This document shows, one piece after another, positions 48,422 to 62,035 of a stretch of 64,000 nucleotides of DNA (position 1 is the first letter of the stretch; every line of letters starts with the position of its first letter). Origin of the DNA: Mytilus trossulus (Eukaryota); contig NC_086377.1 in assembly GCF_036588685.1 (NCBI RefSeq), forward strand, positions 45,942,001-46,006,000, read 5' to 3'. The position numbers and the translations under genes are program-made. The notes under the pieces were generated by a model that had not been told where the DNA came from, did no database searches, and worked only from the letters and a program-made list of their open reading frames with translations.

Positions 48422-49092
48422 TTATGACTACCTCATGTTAAACTTGATCATATAAGGACACATGTTACCTGATATGTATGGTATAAATGCATGTTAATAT
48501 GATACTGAAATTGTCGGTAGAAACACGTACGGCACAAATACATTTGAAAAGAGGAAATCGGCGATAATTTAGATCTCATTTGTTCAGCTGCAGCATATCA
48601 TTGAATATCAACTGGCGGTTGAAATATAATGACCAGAAAAAACGCTACTGTCGGCTTCGTGTATAATTTAAAACTTAAATATAAGCTTATACCTGCGTAG
48701 TTAAAAAAAAATCGTGATCTTAAAGGGATAACTAACCTCAAGTCTTTCAAAGAAGACCCAATCGCAAAACGAAAAGTTCTGTAATTTGACATGATTTCTG
48801 TTGTGGTTTCCATGACAGACAACTTGAACTCGGTAAAGTCGACATATGGTACATGCTAATTTTCATACTCCATGTAATTATAAGCTAAATGCATAACTTC
48901 GCCCTTTACCAATTGTACGTTTCTGCATCTAATATTTACCGACTGGTCTAGTTTTGTAAGCTTTGAATACTCTCCTGTGACAGTCATGCTGTCAGCTAAA
49001 TCACAGTTATCATATGTTGACACAATCATAAATGTATTAGGCTGGGTAAGGACTCTTTTATATATAGCTTAAATTAAGCTAGTTCTACTAAG

Positions 49093-49164
49093 TCCGATGT
49101 GGTCTAGTGGTTAGGATTTCTGGTTTTCACCCAGACGGCCCGGGTTCGATTCCCGGCATCGGAG
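49093..49164 (+). tRNA. tRNA-Glu(TTC)
   Basis: Copy of 905-976. Confidence 0.96.
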
Positions 49165-49820
49165 CTTTAATTTTTTGTGATTGGAGGAAACAAATGTCAA
49201 AAGTCACGAAAACGATATGCAGGATTCACATACTCCTCAGAGCGAACAAATTGCAATTGTTCCTCGCAACGTATGTTATCTTGCAGTTTGCATCTGCCGC
49301 TGTTTTGTGCCTTAACATGATTAGGTCTTTAAATGGCACTGACTGAAATGAGATGGGTAACCATCACACCTGCAAAAGAATGTACTTTAGCAAATAATGA
49401 CTTTATGTTTAAGAGTCATGTTTATGTTTTATGCATTTCTTGTCATTTAGTCAGTTGTTATGACATTATCCCCTCAGGATATTAGTTAGATACGATCACG
49501 TAATTCCTGTGTTTGCCACTCTCTCTACGATTCCCCTCAATTGCTAAAAATGGTAGCACCGGAGCCATTCACTCCTGGCACTCTTATAAAGGGCGTTCTC
49601 GACAATTTATTTGTATCTTATTCAAGATTGACCTCTACGTAAAAAGAGGAAAGGCGTTGTATTTGAAAGGATGTCATCAAATGAATTTGTCATCAAATGA
49701 ATTTGTTTTTACGTGAATTACCAGCAATGCCCATTATATATCCGTGGATGATACGATTATGTGTCGCGAATTCCACTGTCCTCTAATCAATTGAAAACCT
49801 TGAAAGAGTCAAAAAAGAAA

Positions 49821-49891
49821 TGCATCGGCCGGGAATCGAACCCGGGCCGCCCGCGTGGCAGGCGAGCATTCTACCACTGAACCACCGATGC
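49821..49891 (-). tRNA. tRNA-Gly(GCC), at the C/D block junction
   Basis: Copy of 167-237; C-type 3' flank and D-type 5' flank. Confidence 0.96.
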
Positions 49892-50520
49892 TTATAACAC
49901 ATAATGTCTAACTCGATCATATAAGGACAGTACATGATTACCACGTGTTACATGGTATGTATGATAGATGGCATGTTTATTATTCAACATTGTCGGTACA
50001 ACGTGTAGGAACACGAAAAACATGATTGACAAGAGACAAACGATGTGCATTTAGTACTTACTTAATTGCCAATCTGCGACATAATCTCGTGATTCAAATT
50101 CTATGCTTAGTGTGTATATGCCGTCGGTTTCGCGTCAGTAATTTAATTGAAACCGCTTCACAATGGAAATCTAGATGTAAAAAGGGGGAGTGGTCGATTA
50201 ATCCATTTCGGTAAATGAACATTAATTACGGCCACTGTAACATGTGTAATAAAGTATTTAGTTTTGGCGATTTTGCCGACAAACTACCTGTACATTACAA
50301 TTACATTATTTCTTTACTTTTTTAAGATCGAACGAAATACACCTTCAGAACATTCCTGCTATATGTTTGTATAAGAAAGGTAGACAGGGTTAGCTTTGAA
50401 ATGATTTACTTTGATGCAGACTCACAATTATCATATGTTGACACACACATGGTTTAAGCACAGTGATCAAACAGTCGATTCCTGCTTATATGTAGCTTAA
50501 ATTAAGCTTGTTATAGTAAG

Positions 50521-50592
50521 TCCGATGTGGTCTAGTGGTTAGGATTTCTGGTTTTCACCCAGACGGCCCGGGTTCGATTCCCGGCATCGGAG
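50521..50592 (+). tRNA. tRNA-Glu(TTC)
   Basis: Copy of 905-976. Confidence 0.96.
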
Positions 50593-50924
50593 CTTTAGTT
50601 TTTGGTCATCTTTATCACATTACTGTTGTTGTAATACATGCCATTAGGAAAGAAAAAGTTACAGATGAGAAGTGTATTTAGTTTAGACTTTTCCGACTTT
50701 CAACTGACATGATAGGAAATAGTTACATCATTTGGTATTCCTACATTTGTAAAAGGACATTTTCAAAAAGACTGTAGTAGTTGTTTGAATGTTGTAACAT
50801 ATCACCACAATTAATTTCAAACAACGTCCATAATTGTTACGTATTGAAACTATAAAACTGTGCTATCCTCACTCTACATTGCCAGTTGGTACTTTAGAAA
50901 GTGGCAAAGATAAGAAAAAAGAAA

Positions 50925-50995
50925 TGCATCGGCCGGGAATCGAACCCGGGCCGCCCGCGTGGCAGGCGAGCATTCTACCACTGAACCACCGATGC
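50925..50995 (-). tRNA. tRNA-Gly(GCC)
   Basis: Copy of 167-237. Confidence 0.96.
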
Positions 50996-51624
50996 TTATA
51001 ACACATAATGTCTAACTCGATCATATAAGGACAGTACATGATTACCACGTGTTACATGGTATGTATGATAGATGGCATGTTTATTATTCAACATTGTCGG
51101 TACAACGTGTAGGAACACGAAAAACATGATTGACAAGAGACAAACGATGTGCATTTAGTACTTACTTAATTGCCAATCTGCGACATAATCTCGTGATTCA
51201 AATTCTATGCTTAGTGTGTATATGCCGTCGGTTTCGCGTCAGTAATTTAATTGAAACCGCTTCACAATGGAAATCTAGATGTAAAAAGGGGGAGTGGTCG
51301 ATTAATCCATTTCGGTAAATGAACATTAATTACGGCCACTGTAACATGTGTAATAAAGTATTTAGTTTTGGCGATTTTGCCGACAAACTACCTGTACATT
51401 ACAATTACATTATTTCTTTACTTTTTTAAGATCGAACGAAATACACCTTCAGAACATTCCTGCTATATGTTTGTATAAGAAAGGTAGACAGGGTTAGCTT
51501 TGAAATGATTTACTTTGATGCAGACTCACAATTATCATATGTTGACACAAACATGGTTTAAGCACAGTGATCAAACAGTCGATTCCTGCTTATATGTAGC
51601 TTAAATTAAGCTTGTTATAGTAAG

Positions 51625-51696
51625 TCCGATGTGGTCTAGTGGTTAGGATTTCTGGTTTTCACCCAGACGGCCCGGGTTCGATTCCCGGCATCGGAG
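51625..51696 (+). tRNA. tRNA-Glu(TTC)
   Basis: Copy of 905-976. Confidence 0.96.
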
Positions 51697-52028
51697 CTTT
51701 AGTTTTTGGTCATCTTTATCACATTACTGTTGTTGTAATACATGCCATTAGGAAAGAAAAAGTTACAGATGAGAAGTGTATTTAGTTTAGACTTTTCCGA
51801 CTTTCAACTGACATGATAGGAAATAGTTACATCATTTGGTATTCCTACATTTGTAAAAGGACATTTTCAAAAAGACTGTAGTAGTTGTTTGAATGTTGTA
51901 ACATATCACCACAATTAATTTCAAACAACGTCCATAATTGTTACGTATTGAAACTATAAAACTGTGCTATCCTCACTCTACATTGCCAGTTGGTACTTTA
52001 GAAAGTGGCAAAGATAAGAAAAAAGAAA

Positions 52029-52099
52029 TGCATCGGCCGGGAATCGAACCCGGGCCGCCCGCGTGGCAGGCGAGCATTCTACCACTGAACCACCGATGC
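52029..52099 (-). tRNA. tRNA-Gly(GCC)
   Basis: Copy of 167-237. Confidence 0.96.
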
Positions 52100-52728
52100 T
52101 TATAACACATAATGTCTAACTCGATCATATAAGGACAGTACATGATTACCACGTGTTACATGGTATGTATGATAGATGGCATGTTTATTATTCAACATTG
52201 TCGGTACAACGTGTAGGAACACGAAAAACATGATTGACAAGAGACAAACGATGTGCATTTAGTACTTACTTAATTGCCAATCTGCGACATAATCTCGTGA
52301 TTCAAATTCTATGCTTAGTGTGTATATGCCGTCGGTTTCGCGTCAGTAATTTAATTGAAACCGCTTCACAATGGAAATCTAGATGTAAAAAGGGGGAGTG
52401 GTCGATTAATCCATTTCGGTAAATGAACATTAATTACGGCCACTGTAACATGTGTAATAAAGTATTTAGTTTTGGCGATTTTGCCGACAAACTACCTGTA
52501 CATTACAATTACATTATTTCTTTACTTTTTTAAGATCGAACGAAATACACCTTCAGAACATTCCTGCTATATGTTTGTATAAGAAAGGTAGACAGGGTTA
52601 GCTTTGAAATGATTTACTTTGATGCAGACTCACAATTATCATATGTTGACACAAACATGGTTTAAGCACAGTGATCAAACAGTCGATTCCTGCTTATATG
52701 TAGCTTAAATTAAGCTTGTTATAGTAAG

Positions 52729-52800
52729 TCCGATGTGGTCTAGTGGTTAGGATTTCTGGTTTTCACCCAGACGGCCCGGGTTCGATTCCCGGCATCGGAG
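52729..52800 (+). tRNA. tRNA-Glu(TTC)
   Basis: Copy of 905-976. Confidence 0.96.
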
Positions 52801-53132
52801 CTTTAGTTTTTGGTCATCTTTATCACATTACTGTTGTTGTAATACATGCCATTAGGAAAGAAAAAGTTACAGATGAGAAGTGTATTTAGTTTAGACTTTT
52901 CCGACTTTCAACTGACATGATAGGAAATAGTTACATCATTTGGTATTCCTACATTTGTAAAAGGACATTTTCAAAAAGACTGTAGTAGTTGTTTGAATGT
53001 TGTAACATATCACCACAATTAATTTCAAACAACGTCCATAATTGTTACGTATTGAAACTATAAAACTGTGCTATCCTCACTCTACATTGCCAGTTGGTAC
53101 TTTAGAAAGTGGCAAAGATAAGAAAAAAGAAA

Positions 53133-53203
53133 TGCATCGGCCGGGAATCGAACCCGGGCCGCCCGCGTGGCAGGCGAGCATTCTACCACTGAACCACCGA
53201 TGC
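53133..53203 (-). tRNA. tRNA-Gly(GCC)
   Basis: Copy of 167-237. Confidence 0.96.
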
Positions 53204-53832
53204 TTATAACACATAATGTCTAACTCGATCATATAAGGACAGTACATGATTACCACGTGTTACATGGTATGTATGATAGATGGCATGTTTATTATTCAAC
53301 ATTGTCGGTACAACGTGTAGGAACACGAAAAACATGATTGACAAGAGACAAACGATGTGCATTTAGTACTTACTTAATTGCCAATCTGCGACATAATCTC
53401 GTGATTCAAATTCTATGCTTAGTGTGTATATGCCGTCGGTTTCGCGTCAGTAATTTAATTGAAACCGCTTCACAATGGAAATCTAGATGTAAAAAGGGGG
53501 AGTGGTCGATTAATCCATTTCGGTAAATGAACATTAATTACGGCCACTGTAACATGTGTAATAAAGTATTTAGTTTTGGCGATTTTGCCGACAAACTACC
53601 TGTACATTACAATTACATTATTTCTTTACTTTTTTAAGATCGAACGAAATACACCTTCAGAACATTCCTGCTATATGTTTGTATAAGAAAGGTAGACAGG
53701 GTTAGCTTTGAAATGATTTACTTTGATGCAGACTCACAATTATCATATGTTGACACACACATGGTTTAAGCACAGTGATCAAACAGTCGATTCCTGCTTA
53801 TATGTAGCTTAAATTAAGCTTGTTATAGTAAG

Positions 53833-53904
53833 TCCGATGTGGTCTAGTGGTTAGGATTTCTGGTTTTCACCCAGACGGCCCGGGTTCGATTCCCGGCATC
53901 GGAG
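53833..53904 (+). tRNA. tRNA-Glu(TTC)
   Basis: Copy of 905-976. Confidence 0.96.
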
Positions 53905-54236
53905 CTTTAGTTTTTGGTCATCTTTATCACATTACTGTTGTTGTAATACATGCCATTAGGAAAGAAAAAGTTACAGATGAGAAGTGTATTTAGTTTAGAC
54001 TTTTCCGACTTTCAACTGACATGATAGGAAATAGTTACATCATTTGGTATTCCTACATTTGTAAAAGGACATTTTCAAAAAGACTGTAGTAGTTGTTTGA
54101 ATGTTGTAACATATCACCACAATTAATTTCAAACAACGTCCATAATTGTTACGTATTGAAACTATAAAACTGTGCTATCCTCACTCTACATTGCCAGTTG
54201 GTACTTTAGAAAGTGGCAAAGATAAGAAAAAAGAAA

Positions 54237-54307
54237 TGCATCGGCCGGGAATCGAACCCGGGTCGCCCGCGTGGCAGGCGAGCATTCTACCACTGAACCA
54301 CCGATGC
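54237..54307 (-). tRNA. tRNA-Gly(GCC), variable-loop G46A variant
   Basis: Plus strand gggtcgccc instead of gggccgccc at 54263. Confidence 0.9.
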
Positions 54308-54936
54308 TTATAACACATAATGTCTAACTCGATCATATAAGGACAGTACATGATTACCACGTGTTACATGGTATGTATGATAGATGGCATGTTTATTATT
54401 CAACATTGTCGGTACAACGTGTAGGAACACGAAAAACATGATTGACAAGAGACAAACGATGTGCATTTAGTACTTACTTAATTGCCAATCTGCGACATAA
54501 TCTCGTGATTCAAATTCTATGCTTAGTGTGTATATGCCGTCGGTTTCGCGTCAGTAATTTAATTGAAACCGCTTCACAATGGAAATCTAGATGTAAAAAG
54601 GGGGAGTGGTCGATTAATCCATTTCGGTAAATGAACATTAATTACGGCCACTGTAACATGTGTAATAAAGTATTTAGTTTTGGCGATTTTGCCGACAAAC
54701 TACCTGTACATTACAATTACATTATTTCTTTACTTTTTTAAGATCGAACGAAATACACCTTCAGAACATTCCTGCTATATGTTTGTATAAGAAAGGTAGA
54801 CAGGGTTAGCTTTGAAATGATTTACTTTGATGCAGACTCACAATTATCATATGTTGACACACACATGGTTTAAGCACAGTGATCAAACAGTCGATTCCTG
54901 CTTATATGTAGCTTAAATTAAGCTTGTTATAGTAAG

Positions 54937-55008
54937 TCCGATGTGGTCTAGTGGTTAGGATTTCTGGTTTTCACCCAGACGGCCCGGGTTCGATTCCCGG
55001 CATCGGAG
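54937..55008 (+). tRNA. tRNA-Glu(TTC)
   Basis: Copy of 905-976. Confidence 0.96.
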
Positions 55009-55340
55009 CTTTAGTTTTTGGTCATCTTTATCACATTACTGTTGTTGTAATACATGCCATTAGGAAAGAAAAAGTTACAGATGAGAAGTGTATTTAGTTT
55101 AGACTTTTCCGACTTTCAACTGACATGATAGGAAATAGTTACATCATTTGGTATTCCTACATTTGTAAAAGGACATTTTCAAAAAGACTGTAGTAGTTGT
55201 TTGAATGTTGTAACATATCACCACAATTAATTTCAAACAACGTCCATAATTGTTACGTATTGAAACTATAAAACTGTGCTATCCTCACTCTACATTGCCA
55301 GTTGGTACTTTAGAAAGTGGCAAAGATAAGAAAAAAGAAA

Positions 55341-55411
55341 TGCATCGGCCGGGAATCGAACCCGGGCCGCCCGCGTGGCAGGCGAGCATTCTACCACTGA
55401 ACCACCGATGC
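55341..55411 (-). tRNA. tRNA-Gly(GCC)
   Basis: Copy of 167-237. Confidence 0.96.
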
Positions 55412-56040
55412 TTATAACACATAATGTCTAACTCGATCATATAAGGACAGTACATGATTACCACGTGTTACATGGTATGTATGATAGATGGCATGTTTAT
55501 TATTCAACATTGTCGGTACAACGTGTAGGAACACGAAAAACATGATTGACAAGAGACAAACGATGTGCATTTAGTACTTACTTAATTGCCAATCTGCGAC
55601 ATAATCTCGTGATTCAAATTCTATGCTTAGTGTGTATATGCCGTCGGTTTCGCGTCAGTAATTTAATTGAAACCGCTTCACAATGGAAATCTAGATGTAA
55701 AAAGGGGGAGTGGTCGATTAATCCATTTCGGTAAATGAACATTAATTACGGCCACTGTAACATGTGTAATAAAGTATTTAGTTTTGGCGATTTTGCCGAC
55801 AAACTACCTGTACATTACAATTACATTATTTCTTTACTTTTTTAAGATCGAACGAAATACACCTTCAGAACATTCCTGCTATATGTTTGTATAAGAAAGG
55901 TAGACAGGGTTAGCTTTGAAATGATTTACTTTGATGCAGACTCACAATTATCATATGTTGACACACACATGGTTTAAGCACAGTGATCAAACAGTCGATT
56001 CCTGCTTATATGTAGCTTAAATTAAGCTTGTTATAGTAAG

Positions 56041-56112
56041 TCCGATGTGGTCTAGTGGTTAGGATTTCTGGTTTTCACCCAGACGGCCCGGGTTCGATTC
56101 CCGGCATCGGAG
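56041..56112 (+). tRNA. tRNA-Glu(TTC)
   Basis: Copy of 905-976. Confidence 0.96.
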
Positions 56113-56444
56113 CTTTAGTTTTTGGTCATCTTTATCACATTACTGTTGTTGTAATACATGCCATTAGGAAAGAAAAAGTTACAGATGAGAAGTGTATTTA
56201 GTTTAGACTTTTCCGACTTTCAACTGACATGATAGGAAATAGTTACATCATTTGGTATTCCTACATTTGTAAAAGGACATTTTCAAAAAGACTGTAGTAG
56301 TTGTTTGAATGTTGTAACATATCACCACAATTAATTTCAAACAACGTCCATAATTGTTACGTATTGAAACTATAAAACTGTGCTATCCTCACTCTACATT
56401 GCCAGTTGGTACTTTAGAAAGTGGCAAAGATAAGAAAAAAGAAA

Positions 56445-56515
56445 TGCATCGGCCGGGAATCGAACCCGGGCCGCCCGCGTGGCAGGCGAGCATTCTACCA
56501 CTGAACCACCGATGC
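56445..56515 (-). tRNA. tRNA-Gly(GCC)
   Basis: Copy of 167-237. Confidence 0.96.
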
Positions 56516-57144
56516 TTATAACACATAATGTCTAACTCGATCATATAAGGACAGTACATGATTACCACGTGTTACATGGTATGTATGATAGATGGCATGT
56601 TTATTATTCAACATTGTCGGTACAACGTGTAGGAACACGAAAAACATGATTGACAAGAGACAAACGATGTGCATTTAGTACTTACTTAATTGCCAATCTG
56701 CGACATAATCTCGTGATTCAAATTCTATGCTTAGTGTGTATATGCCGTCGGTTTCGCGTCAGTAATTTAATTGAAACCGCTTCACAATGGAAATCTAGAT
56801 GTAAAAAGGGGGAGTGGTCGATTAATCCATTTCGGTAAATGAACATTAATTACGGCCACTGTAACATGTGTAATAAAGTATTTAGTTTTGGCGATTTTGC
56901 CGACAAACTACCTGTACATTACAATTACATTATTTCTTTACTTTTTTAAGATCGAACGAAATACACCTTCAGAACATTCCTGCTATATGTTTGTATAAGA
57001 AAGGTAGACAGGGTTAGCTTTGAAATGATTTACTTTGATGCAGACTCACAATTATCATATGTTGACACAAACATGGTTTAAGCACAGTGATCAAACAGTC
57101 GATTCCTGCTTATATGTAGCTTAAATTAAGCTTGTTATAGTAAG

Positions 57145-57216
57145 TCCGATGTGGTCTAGTGGTTAGGATTTCTGGTTTTCACCCAGACGGCCCGGGTTCG
57201 ATTCCCGGCATCGGAG
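57145..57216 (+). tRNA. tRNA-Glu(TTC)
   Basis: Copy of 905-976. Confidence 0.96.
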
Positions 57217-57548
57217 CTTTAGTTTTTGGTCATCTTTATCACATTACTGTTGTTGTAATACATGCCATTAGGAAAGAAAAAGTTACAGATGAGAAGTGTA
57301 TTTAGTTTAGACTTTTCCGACTTTCAACTGACATGATAGGAAATAGTTACATCATTTGGTATTCCTACATTTGTAAAAGGACATTTTCAAAAAGACTGTA
57401 GTAGTTGTTTGAATGTTGTAACATATCACCACAATTAATTTCAAACAACGTCCATAATTGTTACGTATTGAAACTATAAAACTGTGCTATCCTCACTCTA
57501 CATTGCCAGTTGGTACTTTAGAAAGTGGCAAAGATAAGAAAAAAGAAA

Positions 57549-57619
57549 TGCATCGGCCGGGAATCGAACCCGGGCCGCCCGCGTGGCAGGCGAGCATTCT
57601 ACCACTGAACCACCGATGC
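57549..57619 (-). tRNA. tRNA-Gly(GCC)
   Basis: Copy of 167-237. Confidence 0.96.
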
Positions 57620-58248
57620 TTATAACACATAATGTCTAACTCGATCATATAAGGACAGTACATGATTACCACGTGTTACATGGTATGTATGATAGATGGC
57701 ATGTTTATTATTCAACATTGTCGGTACAACGTGTAGGAACACGAAAAACATGATTGACAAGAGACAAACGATGTGCATTTAGTACTTACTTAATTGCCAA
57801 TCTGCGACATAATCTCGTGATTCAAATTCTATGCTTAGTGTGTATATGCCGTCGGTTTCGCGTCAGTAATTTAATTGAAACCGCTTCACAATGGAAATCT
57901 AGATGTAAAAAGGGGGAGTGGTCGATTAATCCATTTCGGTAAATGAACATTAATTACGGCCACTGTAACATGTGTAATAAAGTATTTAGTTTTGGCGATT
58001 TTGCCGACAAACTACCTGTACATTACAATTACATTATTTCTTTACTTTTTTAAGATCGAACGAAATACACCTTCAGAACATTCCTGCTATATGTTTGTAT
58101 AAGAAAGGTAGACAGGGTTAGCTTTGAAATGATTTACTTTGTTGCAGACTCACAATTATCATATGTTGACACACACATGGTTTAAGCACAGTGATCAAAC
58201 AGTCGATTCCTGCTTATATGTAGCTTAAATTAAGCTTGTTATAGTAAG

Positions 58249-58320
58249 TCCGATGTGGTCTAGTGGTTAGGATTTCTGGTTTTCACCCAGACGGCCCGGG
58301 TTCGATTCCCGGCATCGGAG
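58249..58320 (+). tRNA. tRNA-Glu(TTC)
   Basis: Copy of 905-976. Confidence 0.96.
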
Positions 58321-58652
58321 CTTTAGTTTTTGGTCATCTTTATCACATTACTGTTGTTGTAATACATGCCATTAGGAAAGAAAAAGTTACAGATGAGAAG
58401 TGTATTTAGTTTAGACTTTTCCGACTTTCAACTGACATGATAGGAAATAGTTACATCATTTGGTATTCCTACATTTGTAAAAGGACATTTTCAAAAAGAC
58501 TGTAGTAGTTGTTTGAATGTTGTAACATATCACCACAATTAATTTCAAACAACGTCCATAATTGTTACGTATTGAAACTATAAAACTGTGCTATCCTCAC
58601 TCTACATTGCCAGTTGGTACTTTAGAAAGTGGCAAAGATAAGAAAAAAGAAA

Positions 58653-58723
58653 TGCATCGGCCGGGAATCGAACCCGGGCCGCCCGCGTGGCAGGCGAGCA
58701 TTCTACCACTGAACCACCGATGC
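58653..58723 (-). tRNA. tRNA-Gly(GCC)
   Basis: Copy of 167-237. Confidence 0.96.
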
Positions 58724-59352
58724 TTATAACACATAATGTCTAACTCGATCATATAAGGACAGTACATGATTACCACGTGTTACATGGTATGTATGATAGA
58801 TGGCATGTTTATTATTCAACATTGTCGGTACAACGTGTAGGAACACGAAAAACATGATTGACAAGAGACAAACGATGTGCATTTAGTACTTACTTAATTG
58901 CCAATCTGCGACATAATCTCGTGATTCAAATTCTATGCTTAGTGTGTATATGCCGTCGGTTTCGCGTCAGTAATTTAATTGAAACCGCTTCACAATGGAA
59001 ATCTAGATGTAAAAAGGGGGAGTGGTCGATTAATCCATTTCGGTAAATGAACATTAATTACGGCCACTGTAACATGTGTAATAAAGTATTTAGTTTTGGC
59101 GATTTTGCCGACAAACTACCTGTACATTACAATTACATTATTTCTTTACTTTTTTAAGATCGAACGAAATACACCTTCAGAACATTCCTGCTATATGTTT
59201 GTATAAGAAAGGTAGACAGGGTTAGCTTTGAAATGATTTACTTTGTTGCAGACTCACAATTATCATATGTTGACACAAACATGGTTTAAGCACAGTGATC
59301 AAACAGTCGATTCCTGCTTATATGTAGCTTAAATTAAGCTTGTTATAGTAAG

Positions 59353-59424
59353 TCCGATGTGGTCTAGTGGTTAGGATTTCTGGTTTTCACCCAGACGGCC
59401 CGGGTTCGATTCCCGGCATCGGAG
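59353..59424 (+). tRNA. tRNA-Glu(TTC)
   Basis: Copy of 905-976. Confidence 0.96.
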
Positions 59425-59756
59425 CTTTAGTTTTTGGTCATCTTTATCACATTACTGTTGTTGTAATACATGCCATTAGGAAAGAAAAAGTTACAGATGA
59501 GAAGTGTATTTAGTTTAGACTTTTCCGACTTTCAACTGACATGATAGGAAATAGTTACATCATTTGGTATTCCTACATTTGTAAAAGGACATTTTCAAAA
59601 AGACTGTAGTAGTTGTTTGAATGTTGTAACATATCACCACAATTAATTTCAAACAACGTCCATAATTGTTACGTATTGAAACTATAAAACTGTGCTATCC
59701 TCACTCTACATTGCCAGTTGGTACTTTAGAAAGTGGCAAAGATAAGAAAAAAGAAA

Positions 59757-59827
59757 TGCATCGGCCGGGAATCGAACCCGGGCCGCCCGCGTGGCAGGCG
59801 AGCATTCTACCACTGAACCACCGATGC
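59757..59827 (-). tRNA. tRNA-Gly(GCC)
   Basis: Copy of 167-237. Confidence 0.96.
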
Positions 59828-60456
59828 TTATAACACATAATGTCTAACTCGATCATATAAGGACAGTACATGATTACCACGTGTTACATGGTATGTATGA
59901 TAGATGGCATGTTTATTATTCAACATTGTCGGTACAACGTGTAGGAACACGAAAAACATGATTGACAAGAGACAAACGATGTGCATTTAGTACTTACTTA
60001 ATTGCCAATCTGCGACATAATCTCGTGATTCAAATTCTATGCTTAGTGTGTATATGCCGTCGGTTTCGCGTCAGTAATTTAATTGAAACCGCTTCACAAT
60101 GGAAATCTAGATGTAAAAAGGGGGAGTGGTCGATTAATCCATTTCGGTAAATGAACATTAATTACGGCCACTGTAACATGTGTAATAAAGTATTTAGTTT
60201 TGGCGATTTTGCCGACAAACTACCTGTACATTACAATTACATTATTTCTTTACTTTTTTAAGATCGAACGAAATACACCTTCAGAACATTCCTGCTATAT
60301 GTTTGTATAAGAAAGGTAGACAGGGTTAGCTTTGAAATGATTTACTTTGATGCAGACTCACAATTATCATATGTTGACACAAACATGGTTTAAGCACAGT
60401 GATCAAACAGTCGATTCCTGCTTATATGTAGCTTAAATTAAGCTTGTTATAGTAAG

Positions 60457-60528
60457 TCCGATGTGGTCTAGTGGTTAGGATTTCTGGTTTTCACCCAGAC
60501 GGCCCGGGTTCGATTCCCGGCATCGGAG
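60457..60528 (+). tRNA. tRNA-Glu(TTC)
   Basis: Copy of 905-976. Confidence 0.96.
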
Positions 60529-60860
60529 CTTTAGTTTTTGGTCATCTTTATCACATTACTGTTGTTGTAATACATGCCATTAGGAAAGAAAAAGTTACAG
60601 ATGAGAAGTGTATTTAGTTTAGACTTTTCCGACTTTCAACTGACATGATAGGAAATAGTTACATCATTTGGTATTCCTACATTTGTAAAAGGACATTTTC
60701 AAAAAGACTGTAGTAGTTGTTTGAATGTTGTAACATATCACCACAATTAATTTCAAACAACGTCCATAATTGTTACGTATTGAAACTATAAAACTGTGCT
60801 ATCCTCACTCTACATTGCCAGTTGGTACTTTAGAAAGTGGCAAAGATAAGAAAAAAGAAA

Positions 60861-60931
60861 TGCATCGGCCGGGAATCGAACCCGGGCCGCCCGCGTGGCA
60901 GGCGAGCATTCTACCACTGAACCACCGATGC
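60861..60931 (-). tRNA. tRNA-Gly(GCC)
   Basis: Copy of 167-237. Confidence 0.96.
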
Positions 60932-61560
60932 TTATAACACATAATGTCTAACTCGATCATATAAGGACAGTACATGATTACCACGTGTTACATGGTATGT
61001 ATGATAGATGGCATGTTTATTATTCAACATTGTCGGTACAACGTGTAGGAACACGAAAAACATGATTGACAAGAGACAAACGATGTGCATTTAGTACTTA
61101 CTTAATTGCCAATCTGCGACATAATCTCGTGATTCAAATTCTATGCTTAGTGTGTATATGCCGTCGGTTTCGCGTCAGTAATTTAATTGAAACCGCTTCA
61201 CAATGGAAATCTAGATGTAAAAAGGGGGAGTGGTCGATTAATCCATTTCGGTAAATGAACATTAATTACGGCCACTGTAACATGTGTAATAAAGTATTTA
61301 GTTTTGGCGATTTTGCCGACAAACTACCTGTACATTACAATTACATTATTTCTTTACTTTTTTAAGATCGAACGAAATACACCTTCAGAACATTCCTGCT
61401 ATATGTTTGTATAAGAAAGGTAGACAGGGTTAGCTTTGAAATGATTTACTTTGATGCAGACTCACAATTATCATATGTTGACACAAACATGGTTTAAGCA
61501 CAGTGATCAAACAGTCGATTCCTGCTTATATGTAGCTTAAATTAAGCTTGTTATAGTAAG

Positions 61561-61632
61561 TCCGATGTGGTCTAGTGGTTAGGATTTCTGGTTTTCACCC
61601 AGACGGCCCGGGTTCGATTCCCGGCATCGGAG
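61561..61632 (+). tRNA. tRNA-Glu(TTC)
   Basis: Copy of 905-976. Confidence 0.96.
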
Positions 61633-61964
61633 CTTTAGTTTTTGGTCATCTTTATCACATTACTGTTGTTGTAATACATGCCATTAGGAAAGAAAAAGTT
61701 ACAGATGAGAAGTGTATTTAGTTTAGACTTTTCCGACTTTCAACTGACATGATAGGAAATAGTTACATCATTTGGTATTCCTACATTTGTAAAAGGACAT
61801 TTTCAAAAAGACTGTAGTAGTTGTTTGAATGTTGTAACATATCACCACAATTAATTTCAAACAACGTCCATAATTGTTACGTATTGAAACTATAAAACTG
61901 TGCTATCCTCACTCTACATTGCCAGTTGGTACTTTAGAAAGTGGCAAAGATAAGAAAAAAGAAA

Positions 61965-62035
61965 TGCATCGGCCGGGAATCGAACCCGGGCCGCCCGCGT
62001 GGCAGGCGAGCATTCTACCACTGAACCACCGATGC
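61965..62035 (-). tRNA. tRNA-Gly(GCC)
   Basis: Copy of 167-237. Confidence 0.96.

Larger units (their letters stand above)
25551..49891. repeat. tRNA Gly/Glu tandem array, spacer type C (1470-bp unit; 1457 in two deletion units), interrupted by an LTR element
   Basis: Period 1470/1457; diagnostic 16-bp duplication tgtcatcaaatgaatt. The array resumes in phase at 46077 after the insertion. Confidence 0.96.
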
